Shown here: piece after piece, positions 1 to 7,710 of the stretch | Numbering within the stretch: position 1 is the first letter of the stretch | Layout: the number at the start of each line of letters is the position of its first letter | Assembly (NCBI GenBank): GCA_017454295.1 | Contig: JAFTDF010000030.1 | Span: forward strand, 3,896-67,895 | DNA length: 64,000 nt | Source of the DNA: Bacilli bacterium | Lineage (GTDB): Bacteria > Bacillota_I > Bacilli_A > RFN20 > CAG-826 | Direction of reading: 5' to 3' | Position numbers and translations under genes: made by a program | The notes under the pieces: generated by a model | The model's database searches: none | Seen by the model: only the letters and a program-made list of their open reading frames with translations | Told to the model about the DNA's origin: nothing

Positions 1-458
1 TCCGGGTCTTTGGTTTTGAATAAGAAGAAGCAAGGAATACCCACCGCGGCATTGATTACGGCCCCAATGCCATAGGCGATGAGTTTACCGCCTAGGCCCA
101 TATAGAAGAGCCAACCGCCGCCGGCGTGGATCTTGAGGATATAGTGGCCGGTTTGATAGGCCATGACGCCGATGGCAACGATAAGCAAGATGATGCCGAG
201 GATCTTCCAAAATTTCTTTTCTAATTGGAAGAGCCCTCCGCCTAAAGCGGCGCCACCGATGGTAGTCATCACAAAGGGAATGACCATGCCCCAACCTTCC
301 ATGAACATGCCAAGCCAATTCCCTTGGTCGGCAATGGCTTGGGAAATGGCCAAATCGTTAAAAGAGCCAATGATAAGGAAGATGATGCCTAGTCCCAATG
401 GAATCAGCAGCCACCAAAGCCTCATGCCGGCCATTTGCTTATTTAAAAATGCTTTCAT
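1..458 (-). CDS. polytopic membrane protein, 5' portion only (gene runs off the left edge); weak resemblance to the N-terminal region of PAP2-type phosphatases
   Basis: Own minus-strand translation from the ATG (rc of 456-458): MKAFLNKQMAGMRLWWLLIPLGLGIIFLIIGSFNDLAISQAIADQGNWLGMFMEGWGMVIPFVMTTIGGAALGG... It stays open to nt 1 and has several hydrophobic helices. SD GAAGGTGGA lies 6 nt upstream. It is not in the ORF track because no stop lies in the window. Confidence 0.6.
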   Translation of the reverse strand, partial: MKAFLNKQMAGMRLWWLLIPLGLGIIFLIIGSFNDLAISQAIADQGNWLGMFMEGWGMVIPFVMTTIGGAALGGGLFQLEKKFWKILGIILLIVAIGVMAYQTGHYILKIHAGGGWLFYMGLGGKLIAYGIGAVINAAVGIPCFFLFKTKDP

Positions 459-507
459 ATATTATCCACCTTCGGGGATATTTTACCCCTCCTCTTTTCT
501 TCTTTTA

Positions 508-537
508 AAGAAAAAAGAAAACCCGCCGAAGCGGGCT
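508..537 (-). terminator. rho-independent terminator after the 564..695 gene
   Basis: Hairpin CCCGC-CGAA-GCGGG (522-535). On the minus strand it is followed by a T-run (A-run 509-521 on plus). Confidence 0.7.
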
Positions 538-563
538 GCTTGTTGGAATTTCCCTTACGGGGA

Positions 564-695
564 TTAGAAGGAGTCGCCGGTATTAGAAAGTTCCGCGTTA
601 TTGATGTAAAGGCACTCAACCAAACGGTCGGCGATTTGATACATGAGGGGAACTTCGTGGGTTTCGACTTCTTCGTATGTTTCTTTTTCTTCCAT
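564..695 (-). CDS. small acidic hypothetical protein (43 aa)
   Basis: Lies inside ORF 564..767. The internal ATG (rc 693-695) has GAAAGGAGG 8 nt upstream. Product: MEEKETYEEVETHEVPLMYQIADRLVECLYINNAELSNTGDSF. No family recognised. Confidence 0.45.
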   Translation of the reverse strand: MEEKETYEEVETHEVPLMYQIADRLVECLYINNAELSNTGDSF

Positions 696-797
696 CGCTA
701 CGTACCTCCTTTCTGATGGTGATTTTTGGCCTTCTTTAAAGAAGGACCGATAAATATAGTCCTTCAAAATTCAAAATCAAGTGGTTTTATAATCTTT

Positions 798-1331
798 TTA
801 CAGATAATAACGGCGAAACACCTCTTCACCGATTAAATCACGCATCAAATCGAGGAATTCTTCTTTGGAGACGGGAGATTGATCGATCAGCATTCGATAC
901 TCCACCCCTAATTCCACGATCTTGGTTTCGGTAAGCTTCAGCCCGCAACCTTGGTAAAAGGCAACACGGTCGAGCCGGGCTTGATAATCTTCGTATTCCG
1001 GGGCGGGATCGTCCGCCAAAAGGAAGATCCGCCGATTCGGATAAAAGGATTTCACATCCATGACGATTTGATGGCCGTAGCCTTTTCGGCGTTGGCTTGG
1101 ATCGACGGCTAAAAAGAATACATAAAGCAAATCCCGATACTCCACATTCACGACGATGCCGACGAATGTTCCTTGGTGGGTGACTTCGTAAAAGCGGGCC
1201 TTCTCAAACCCGAGCAGCACTTCGAAAGAAGGTCGCTCTTCCGGAGGAAAAGCCGTCTCGAAAAGATGGCGATTCTTGCCTTCGTCCTGGGAAGGGTCTT
1301 CGATGTGACGATAAGTCAGTTCGTAATTCAT
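798..1331 (-). CDS. GNAT family N-acetyltransferase
   Basis: 177 aa. Acetyl-CoA binding motif LAVDPSQRRKGYGHQIV (Q/RxxGxG). The start overlaps the rarA stop (ATGA). Confidence 0.8.
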   Translation of the reverse strand: MNYELTYRHIEDPSQDEGKNRHLFETAFPPEERPSFEVLLGFEKARFYEVTHQGTFVGIVVNVEYRDLLYVFFLAVDPSQRRKGYGHQIVMDVKSFYPNRRIFLLADDPAPEYEDYQARLDRVAFYQGCGLKLTETKIVELGVEYRMLIDQSPVSKEEFLDLMRDLIGEEVFRRYYL

Positions 1332-2593
1332 TTTTGCTTCTTCAAAGCGGCCAGGTTGCTGCTGCGCCCCGCTTTCTTCATCCGTTCGTAATTCTCAGTT
1401 AAAGCTTTCTCATAGCTGGAGGAATTCCACGACTTGAAGAACTGGGTATCCTTCCATTCATCGGGCAGATATTGGATTTTTTCCCAAAGGTCGGGACGAT
1501 CATAGGGATATTTGTCCTTTTCCTTCATATTCACGGGCGTAAGTTTTAGGTAATCCTGCACCATAAAGGGCTGTTTTGCGGCGAAATCCATCGCGGATTG
1601 GATGGCTTTGCATCCGGCTTTCGAATGCGGAGAAAGGCAGAGATCGACCACCGCATCTCCTAAAGGAATGATGGCTTCGGGGAAGCCCACTTGTTCGGCG
1701 GCTTGGATGGCAAGCTGACACCGCATCACGGCATTGGGATTGCCTAAGCCGATATCTTCATAGGCGGTCACTAGCAAACGGCGCTTAATGGAATCGAGAT
1801 CCCCGGCGATGCAAAGGCGGGCCAAATAATAAAGGGCAGCGTCGACGTCGCATCCCCGAATCGATTTCTGCAAAGCGGAAACAGAATCGTAGTGTTCTTC
1901 CTCGTCTTTATCCATGGCGAGGTTGGGCACCGATTCGACGGTGGCCACCATGGCTTGATCCACGGTGCCGGCATGGCGGAATTGGACGGAGCAGACTTCT
2001 AAGATATTCAAGGCAAAACGCATATCGCCACCGGAGAGCTTGGCAATATAACGTAGGGCATCTTCTTCGAAATCGGGTGCCCCATTTAGACCGATCGGCG
2101 AAACCGCCGCCCGGGAAAGCCCTTGGAAGATTTCTTCTTCACTTAGGGGTTTCACTTCCAATAAACGGGTCCGGGAACGGATGGCCCGATTTAAGGCGAT
2201 ATAGGGGTTGGCGGTCGTCGCCCCGATGAGGAAGAAGGTGCCGTTTTCCACAAAGGGCAGCAAGAAATCCTGTTTGGTCTTATCCAAGCGATGGACTTCA
2301 TCCATGATCAGGATGGTCGGCTTCCAGATTTTGGCTTCTTCCACCGCCGCTTCCATGTCTTTTTTCGAACACGTGACGGCGTTTAAGGAGACGAAATGCA
2401 GTCCCAATGAACGGGCATAGGCTTCCCCGATCGTGGTCTTTCCGGTGCCGGGCGGCCCAAAGAAAATCAGCGAAAACGGGGTCTTCTCGGCCACCGATTC
2501 CCGCAAGAAGGAGCTTTCGCCCACCAAGTGGGTCTGGCCGATGACTTCGTCCAAAGTTTTCGGACGCATCCGGAATGCTAACGGTTCTCTCAT
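1328..2593 (-). CDS. rarA: replication-associated recombination protein A (AAA+ ATPase)
   Basis: 421 aa. Walker A GPPGTGKTT, Walker B ILIMDEVHR, and an MgsA-type C-terminal helical region. Confidence 0.9.
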   Translation of the reverse strand: MREPLAFRMRPKTLDEVIGQTHLVGESSFLRESVAEKTPFSLIFFGPPGTGKTTIGEAYARSLGLHFVSLNAVTCSKKDMEAAVEEAKIWKPTILIMDEVHRLDKTKQDFLLPFVENGTFFLIGATTANPYIALNRAIRSRTRLLEVKPLSEEEIFQGLSRAAVSPIGLNGAPDFEEDALRYIAKLSGGDMRFALNILEVCSVQFRHAGTVDQAMVATVESVPNLAMDKDEEEHYDSVSALQKSIRGCDVDAALYYLARLCIAGDLDSIKRRLLVTAYEDIGLGNPNAVMRCQLAIQAAEQVGFPEAIIPLGDAVVDLCLSPHSKAGCKAIQSAMDFAAKQPFMVQDYLKLTPVNMKEKDKYPYDRPDLWEKIQYLPDEWKDTQFFKSWNSSSYEKALTENYERMKKAGRSSNLAALKKQK

Positions 2594-2686
2594 GGGTATA
2601 TGATTCTCTTATTAGAGAATTTAGGCAAGGAAAAGCCGGCGTGGAGGAAAGCGAAACCGCTATATTTCCTTCTCTTTTCTTTTTTA

Positions 2687-2692
2687 TATAAT
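2687..2692 (+). promoter_or_regulatory. -10 box TATAAT 10 nt upstream of the Na/Pi transporter ATG (very short leader)
   Basis: TATAAT at 2687-2692, then aaaagggctt, then ATG at 2703. Only a weak AAGGG SD-like element is present. Confidence 0.4.
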
Positions 2693-2702
2693 AAAAGGGC
2701 TT

Positions 2703-4391
2703 ATGGATTCCTTGCTTAAGGCCATTATGTACCTCCTGGTCGGGGTATCGGTCCTGCTCGTCGGCATGAAGTTTATGTCCGGTGGTTTGAAGAAAATCGC
2801 CGGTCGGGGCTTACGCCGTTTTTTCCGTAAAACCCAAAATAACCCCTTATTAGGCATGGGCATTGGGGTCGCCGTCACTGCGGTCATTCAAAGCAGTGAC
2901 GCCACCGCCTCCCTCGTCATCGGTTTCATCAATGCCGGCGTCATGGAAATCAGCCAAGGCATGGCTATCATTTTAGGTGGCTATATCGGCACGACCATAA
3001 CGGGGATCTTGGCCTCGTTCTCCTCCTTGCCCATCTCCGTGTATTTGCTCTCCCTTGCCTTTATCGGCACGGTGATGATGTTCATCAACAATGAGAAATC
3101 CAAGAACTTTGGGGAAATCCTCTGCGGCCTTGGTTTGCTCTTCTTTGGCTTGGCCGTCATGAAAGATGCCTTTGGCAATGCCGATATCCAAAGTTTCGTC
3201 ACGACCATGTTCTCGGCCATCAATTTCCCGGTCCTGCTATTCATCGTCGGCGTCTTGCTTACGGCCCTTGCCCAATCTTCCTCGGCCGTCACCGGGATCG
3301 TCATCGCCATGGTCGGGGGCGGCGCCATCCCCTTATCCACCGCTTTATATATCACCTTGGGCGCTACCTTGGGCACCGTCGCCACCACGCTGCTATCTTC
3401 CCTAAGTGGCAACGTCGATGGCAAGCGCACCGCTTTCATTGCCATCGTCTTGCGCGCCTTCACTTCGGTGATTGCCTTAATCCTGCTCATGGTTTTGCAG
3501 GAACCGATTTGCAACTTCCTTCACCTCATGGCCATCAACGGCTCCGACGAATTCCCCGTGGCCATGTTCACCCTCTTATATAACGTGATCTTCATGCCAT
3601 TATTGTTGCCGCTAATCAAACCGATGGTCCGCCTCTCGCAGCGCGTCATTAAAGACAAAGACAAAACCAAATACGCCGCCGCGATTCAGTTTATCGACGA
3701 TAAATTGCTCAAATCCCCGGATATCGCCTTGATGCAGTTACGCAAAGAAATCGTCCATATGTTTGAACTTGCGCATGAAAACTATCAATTGGGACTAGCC
3801 AAGATCATCCATTACACGACCGAGACCAGCAAAGACATCATCCGCATCGAAGGGGAAGTGGACTATCTGAATGAACGCATCACCGATTTCATGATCAAGC
3901 TGGCGCCTTTGGTCCAAAGCCAAGGCGAAGCCAAAATCGGTGCCTTCTTCCACGTCATCAACGATATTGAGCGTATCGGGGACCATGGGTTCAACTTCCA
4001 TGAAATGGCCGATACGATGAACGCCGAAGAACTCTCCTATTCCCCGGCGGCCATCGAGGAAATCATCGCCTTAGACAAAATCGTTCAGGAAATGTTCAAA
4101 GTGGCACGGGAAATCTTCGAGAAAAAAGACCAATCCGCCTTAACGTATCTACGCGAACAAGAGGAAAAGACCCACCAACTCAAGCAAGCCTTCTATAACC
4201 ACCACTACGAACGCGTCTTGAAAGACGAATGCTCGCAGCAGATGACCCCCTATATCTCTTCGCTGATCGTTGAGCTCGAACGTGTCGCCGACCACTTAAC
4301 CAACATCGGCTACTCCATCGTCAATCCCACCGGGGATCTCGACCCCTTACTCAAGCCCCAAAAGAAACGGGCGCGCCGCAAAGCCAACTAA
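2703..4391 (+). CDS. Na/Pi cotransporter family protein with C-terminal PhoU-like repeats
   Basis: 562 aa. The N-terminal half is polytopic with duplicated QSSDATASL / QSSSAVTGI motifs typical of NptA-type transporters. The C-terminal helical part carries paired IERIGDH / LERVADH PhoU-like motifs. Confidence 0.85.
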   Translation: MDSLLKAIMYLLVGVSVLLVGMKFMSGGLKKIAGRGLRRFFRKTQNNPLLGMGIGVAVTAVIQSSDATASLVIGFINAGVMEISQGMAIILGGYIGTTITGILASFSSLPISVYLLSLAFIGTVMMFINNEKSKNFGEILCGLGLLFFGLAVMKDAFGNADIQSFVTTMFSAINFPVLLFIVGVLLTALAQSSSAVTGIVIAMVGGGAIPLSTALYITLGATLGTVATTLLSSLSGNVDGKRTAFIAIVLRAFTSVIALILLMVLQEPICNFLHLMAINGSDEFPVAMFTLLYNVIFMPLLLPLIKPMVRLSQRVIKDKDKTKYAAAIQFIDDKLLKSPDIALMQLRKEIVHMFELAHENYQLGLAKIIHYTTETSKDIIRIEGEVDYLNERITDFMIKLAPLVQSQGEAKIGAFFHVINDIERIGDHGFNFHEMADTMNAEELSYSPAAIEEIIALDKIVQEMFKVAREIFEKKDQSALTYLREQEEKTHQLKQAFYNHHYERVLKDECSQQMTPYISSLIVELERVADHLTNIGYSIVNPTGDLDPLLKPQKKRARRKAN

Positions 4392-4392
4392 G

Positions 4393-4414
4393 ACCTTCTT
4401 CGGAAGGTTTTTTA
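4393..4414 (+). terminator. rho-independent terminator after the Na/Pi transporter gene
   Basis: ACCTTC-TTCG-GAAGGT hairpin (4393-4408) followed by TTTTTT. Confidence 0.75.
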
Positions 4415-5074
4415 TTGATGGGTCTTGTTATAAAGAAGCGAAAGCAAAACCGAGATACCGTAGGTGGCCCCCAGCATGATAGGCAGCACCAAGGCGACGA
4501 TCCAATATTGCCCGCCGAAGGTAAACCCATAGAAATCCGGCCACGCCCCCGTTAGGACACAAGAGGCATAAGCCGCGGCATAGGCCACCATCGGCACCAT
4601 GCCGACGAAGCATTCTTTCCATGTCAGTTTGTCGCCTTTTGTGAGGCAAAGGAACACCACCACGGATAGCACCGGGTTGAGGAAATGGAAGAAGAAAAAG
4701 TCGCGGGCGAACATATCGAAAAAGTTGGGGCTCGCCACATGGGCGGGAGCCAGGAAAAATAGCACCGTCAAAAACGTCAAGGTCAAGGACACGGCCACGC
4801 TGAATTGGAGGAGCCGCAGCCATTTGGGCAAGCGGAATTCCTCTTCGAAATGGCAGGCGAGATACAAAGCGATCACCAAAGAGACGAGGCCCCCATACAT
4901 ATTGCTGAGATTGGTGAAATAACGGAAATAACTTGGATCGCCGCCCGGCACTTCATAAATCCCAAAGGTGTAACCGTTTAACGGCATGTTGATGAAGATG
5001 AATAGGGCACTGATGAAGAGAAACAGATTGATGCCGAGGCACAAAGGCTTGAGAAATTTGGTCTTTTTTTCCAT
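4412..5074 (-). CDS. polytopic membrane protein (FRYFTNLSN motif; Pr6Pr/AIG1-like family suspected)
   Basis: ORF 4412..5098. I prefer the ATG at 5074 (MEKKTKFLKPL...). About 6 predicted TM helices. The family call rests only on remembered motif similarity. Confidence 0.6.
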   Translation of the reverse strand: MEKKTKFLKPLCLGINLFLFISALFIFINMPLNGYTFGIYEVPGGDPSYFRYFTNLSNMYGGLVSLVIALYLACHFEEEFRLPKWLRLLQFSVAVSLTLTFLTVLFFLAPAHVASPNFFDMFARDFFFFHFLNPVLSVVVFLCLTKGDKLTWKECFVGMVPMVAYAAAYASCVLTGAWPDFYGFTFGGQYWIVALVLPIMLGATYGISVLLSLLYNKTHQ

Positions 5075-5266
5075 GAGGAAATCTAACCTGCTCAGCACCT
5101 AAAGGCGAAGGGGGTTCTTGCCCAGTTCCCCGAAAACGTCGATGTACTGATGTTGAGATACGGGCTTCGTCAAATATAACCGGCCTCCTCGCATGATTTC
5201 AGGGATCCTTTGCTGGTGAAAAAGTCGCTCTTGCTTGATGCGATCGAATCGGAGATTTCGTTGCCA

Positions 5267-5473
5267 TCAAAAATAGAATAATTCTTCAAACTTCCTATCG
5301 AGGGCGACACATAAAAGCAACGCTAATTTGGCGGTTGGCTCATATTGACCCGTCTCGATCGAACTAATGGTGTTTCTGGAAACGCCTACAAGTTTTGCCA
5401 ATTCGAGTTGAGATAAGCCCTTGTCCTTACGCACCGCGGCAACGTTATTCTGAATTCTTAATTCATTGTTCAT
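5267..5473 (-). CDS. XRE-family helix-turn-helix transcriptional regulator (68 aa)
   Basis: MNNELRIQNNVAAVRKDKGLSQLELAKLVGVSRNTISSIETGQYEPT is a classic HTH_3 sequence. The ATG at 5473 overlaps the stop of the upstream gene (ATGA). Confidence 0.85.
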   Translation of the reverse strand: MNNELRIQNNVAAVRKDKGLSQLELAKLVGVSRNTISSIETGQYEPTAKLALLLCVALDRKFEELFYF

Positions 5474-5802
5474 CTGGGCATTACCCCCACTAATTGCAAG
5501 ATCCATAGAACCGAGAACGTAACCGCTCCTAACCCATAGACTAAAGCGACCAGCAATTCATGTCTTTTCCGTATTTTAATATATTTGACCGAGAAAGCCG
5601 TGGAAGCCATTGCAAACAAAGCCATATTTCCACCATAGTTAATCTGGTGGAATCGAATGCCTTCCACCACATCCCAAACAATAATGAGGAATAGTCCTAC
5701 AAAGTAGGCAATATAGGCGCCTTTTCGTTGCGCGTCTAAATCCGCAACATCTCTTCCTTTGTTTTCTTCTTGTGCCCTCAGTAAGATTTCTTCTTTTTTC
5801 AT
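5470..5802 (-). CDS. small membrane protein paired with the XRE regulator (DUF6442-like)
   Basis: MKKEEILLRAQEENKGRDVADLDAQRKG... followed by 3 hydrophobic helices. AAGGAGAA SD lies 4 nt before the ATG at 5802. Confidence 0.7.
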   Translation of the reverse strand: MKKEEILLRAQEENKGRDVADLDAQRKGAYIAYFVGLFLIIVWDVVEGIRFHQINYGGNMALFAMASTAFSVKYIKIRKRHELLVALVYGLGAVTFSVLWILQLVGVMPR

Positions 5803-5814
5803 ATTGTTCTCCTT

Positions 5815-5866
5815 TGCCAAGTGTACTTGTCACAATCATCTTATAAATGCCAAGTGTACTTGTCAA
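5815..5866 (-). promoter_or_regulatory. sigma-A-type promoter overlapped by two copies of an 18-bp operator-like element
   Basis: The exact repeat tgccaagtgtacttgtca occurs at 5815-5832 and 5848-5865, 33 bp apart. Each copy is an imperfect palindrome TTGnCAAGTnnACTTGnCAA. On the minus strand: TTGACA (rc 5861-5866), 17 nt, TAAGAT (rc 5838-5843). Confidence 0.6.
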
Positions 5867-5914
5867 TAAGAACCAATTAAAAATCCCCGAATAGCATCGA
5901 GGATTCTTTGTTCG

Positions 5915-5990
5915 TGGTGCCGCCTGCCGGAATTGAACCAGCAACCTACTGATTACAAATCAGTTGCTCTGCCAATTGAGCTAAGGCGGC
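5915..5990 (-). tRNA. tRNA-Thr (anticodon UGU), CCA encoded
   Basis: rc reads GCCGCCTTAGCTCAATTGGCAGAGCAACTGATTTGTAATCAGTAGGTTGCTGGTTCAATTCCGGCAGGCGGCACCA. Cloverleaf folded by hand; anticodon loop TT-TGT-AA. Confidence 0.85.
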
Positions 5991-6001
5991 CTTATAAAAA
6001 A

Positions 6002-6076
6002 TGGTGGGTGTTGGGGGTTTCGAACCCTCGACCTCTTCCGTGTGAAGGAAGCGCTCTCCCACTGAGCTAAACACCC
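6002..6076 (-). tRNA. tRNA-Val (anticodon CAC), CCA encoded
   Basis: rc reads GGGTGTTTAGCTCAGTGGGAGAGCGCTTCCTTCACACGGAAGAGGTCGAGGGTTCGAAACCCCCAACACCCACCA. Anticodon loop TT-CAC-AC. There is one A-C mismatch in the T stem. Confidence 0.8.
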
Positions 6077-6147
6077 ATCAGCCTAACGGCTTGCATATTA
6101 TCCTCTTTTTCTCCCGATAAAGGAAGAAAGAAACTTTGTTTTCCCAT

Positions 6148-6181
6148 TTAACAACGAACATATTTCAAAAGTTTGTTAAAA
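6148..6181 (+). repeat. left copy of the 34-bp direct repeat flanking the HipA-like gene
   Basis: ttaacaacgaacatatttcaaaagtttgttaaaa, 16 nt upstream of the ATG at 6197. It differs at 1 position from 7491-7524. Contains inverted arms TTAACAA...TTGTTAA. Confidence 0.85.
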
Positions 6182-6196
6182 CCTTTAAAATGAGGT

Positions 6197-7522
6197 ATGG
6201 CCAGTTTAAGCGAGCTCCTAGCGGAATATCGTCTTCTTCCTCTAGGAAACATTTATCCTAAGCAAATTAACGGGAAGACCTACCACTACCACCAGTATTT
6301 TCAAAACGGGCGTCGCTATTCCGTTTTATTGCAAGAACCCGAAATCGCCCCGCTTCAAGAAAAAATCCAACGGCGGAAAGAATTGGAAGAAGTGATTCGA
6401 GAGCTACGTAGCAAGAACAAGAAGGTCACATTATCCAAGAACGCGAATGAACTCACCGGGCAAATCATGTGCGGCAATACACCAGTTGCTTGGTTCAAAG
6501 AAGGGAAATTAATCTGTTACAATGACGAAAGGGCTCCTTTTGTCATTTCTCGCACCGAATCCATCGAGGAGTTTCTAAAACTCCGCGTCATCGACATGAG
6601 CCGGACCAACGCCCGTATCTTGAAAAGGGTTTTGGGAATCCACACGGACGAAGATTATAAAACCGCTTTGTTCGCCTATGCTTTATCCGTCAGCGATCAT
6701 TATTGGTTCCGTCCTAAAAATTCCAAACTCCATTATGAAGATGTCGCCTTCGATAACGACCTTTATTTCGAAACCGCGATCAAAGGGGATACGACGCTCT
6801 ACCCCAATCGGCCTAGCATGACCCCGGAAATCACGACCACCGGAAGTTTTGAAAAAGGGTGGCGTTATATCGATGGTTCTTGGTATCTCTATAAAACCGG
6901 AACCCAAAAACAAATCTTTGCCGAACTATTCTGCTCCCGTTTTGCGCGCCTCATCGGCGTCTCAACCGTGGAGTATCAAATCGAGGATCCTTGGATCGTT
7001 TGTCGTAACTTTGCCGAAAAAGTGAATTTTGAGCCCATGGCCGCTTTGGCAGGAAGCCAAGAAGACTACGCTTCCATTTTCCATATTCTCATTCCATTCT
7101 CTCCCTCCATCGCCAAAGACTACCTTCGTCTGCTTTTCTTCGATTCGGTGGTCTATAACATCGACCGCCATAATGAGAATTTCGGTTTGGAACGTAACAT
7201 AGAAAATGGAAAGGTCCTTCGCTTGGCACCCAATTTCGATAACAATCTCGCTTTGACTGCCACGACCGACCATTTGACTTCCGATATCTCAAAGGACGGA
7301 TTTGTTCGCCTTTTCGTGAACTTCCTTAAGAAGGACGCAGATGCCCTAGCGCTGTTCCAAGCTCTTTCATTCCCCGATATCGAAAGAAGCGACATCCAGG
7401 CGATCTGCAACGAAATCCCCTTGGATATTCCGGGGAAAGAAGAACTGCCTGCCGTGATTTTGGCTCGCTACCAAGCCCTAAAAGAACTTTTTAACAACGA
7501 ACATAATTCAAAAGTTTGTTAA
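6197..7522 (+). CDS. HipA-like serine/threonine kinase family protein (orphan; no adjacent HipB)
   Basis: 441 aa. P-loop-like TTTGSFEKGW, catalytic-loop-like VYNIDRHNENFG and Mg-binding-like LAPNFDNNLA motifs occur in HipA_C order. The N-terminal ~80 aa (NIYPKQINGKTYHYHQYFQNGRRYSVLL + coiled coil) are not typical of HipA. Confidence 0.7.
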   Translation: MASLSELLAEYRLLPLGNIYPKQINGKTYHYHQYFQNGRRYSVLLQEPEIAPLQEKIQRRKELEEVIRELRSKNKKVTLSKNANELTGQIMCGNTPVAWFKEGKLICYNDERAPFVISRTESIEEFLKLRVIDMSRTNARILKRVLGIHTDEDYKTALFAYALSVSDHYWFRPKNSKLHYEDVAFDNDLYFETAIKGDTTLYPNRPSMTPEITTTGSFEKGWRYIDGSWYLYKTGTQKQIFAELFCSRFARLIGVSTVEYQIEDPWIVCRNFAEKVNFEPMAALAGSQEDYASIFHILIPFSPSIAKDYLRLLFFDSVVYNIDRHNENFGLERNIENGKVLRLAPNFDNNLALTATTDHLTSDISKDGFVRLFVNFLKKDADALALFQALSFPDIERSDIQAICNEIPLDIPGKEELPAVILARYQALKELFNNEHNSKVC

Positions 7523-7524
7523 AA
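7491..7524 (+). repeat. right copy of the 34-bp direct repeat (covers the last 10 codons and the stop of the HipA-like gene)
   Basis: ttaacaacgaacataattcaaaagtttgttaaaa. Encodes ...FNNEHNSKVC*. Confidence 0.85.
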
Positions 7525-7530
7525 AAATAG

Positions 7531-7562
7531 AAAGAAAAAAGCCGCCAGGTTTCCCTGGCGGT
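7531..7562 (-). terminator. rho-independent terminator after tRNA-Ala (hairpin could also stop the convergent HipA-like transcript)
   Basis: CCGCCAGG-TTTC-CCTGGCGG (7542-7561). The T-run is on the minus strand only (A-run 7531-7540 on plus). Confidence 0.65.
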
Positions 7563-7574
7563 CTCGCTGTCGAT

Positions 7575-7650
7575 TGGTGGACCTTGTCGGGATCGAACCG
7601 ATGACCTCCTCCATGCCATGGAGGCGCTCTCCCAGCTGAGCTAAAGGCCC
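7575..7650 (-). tRNA. tRNA-Ala (anticodon GGC), CCA encoded
   Basis: rc reads GGGCCTTTAGCTCAGCTGGGAGAGCGCCTCCATGGCATGGAGGAGGTCATCGGTTCGATCCCGACAAGGTCCACCA. The G3:U70 Ala identity pair is present. Confidence 0.85.
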
Positions 7651-7710
7651 ATGAACGCTTTTTCGCGCTCAATTAAGATAGAGATATCGTTTCCCTTTGT
7701 CAATGGGTTT

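Noticed and set aside
163-567. 134-aa plus-strand ORF and 77-aa minus-strand ORF (85..318) at the left edge
   Set aside because: Both overlap the better-supported membrane-protein frame (ATG at 458, good SD, hydrophobic helices) and have Pro/Met/Arg-rich compositions unlike real proteins.
5099-5266. 168-bp gap after the XRE gene with short open frames (for example ...RIPEIMRGGRLYLTKPVSQHQYIDVFGELGKNPLRL*) that could be a gene remnant
   Set aside because: It is under 60 codons, has no start/SD combination and no motif I can recognise. There is insufficient evidence for a pseudogene call.
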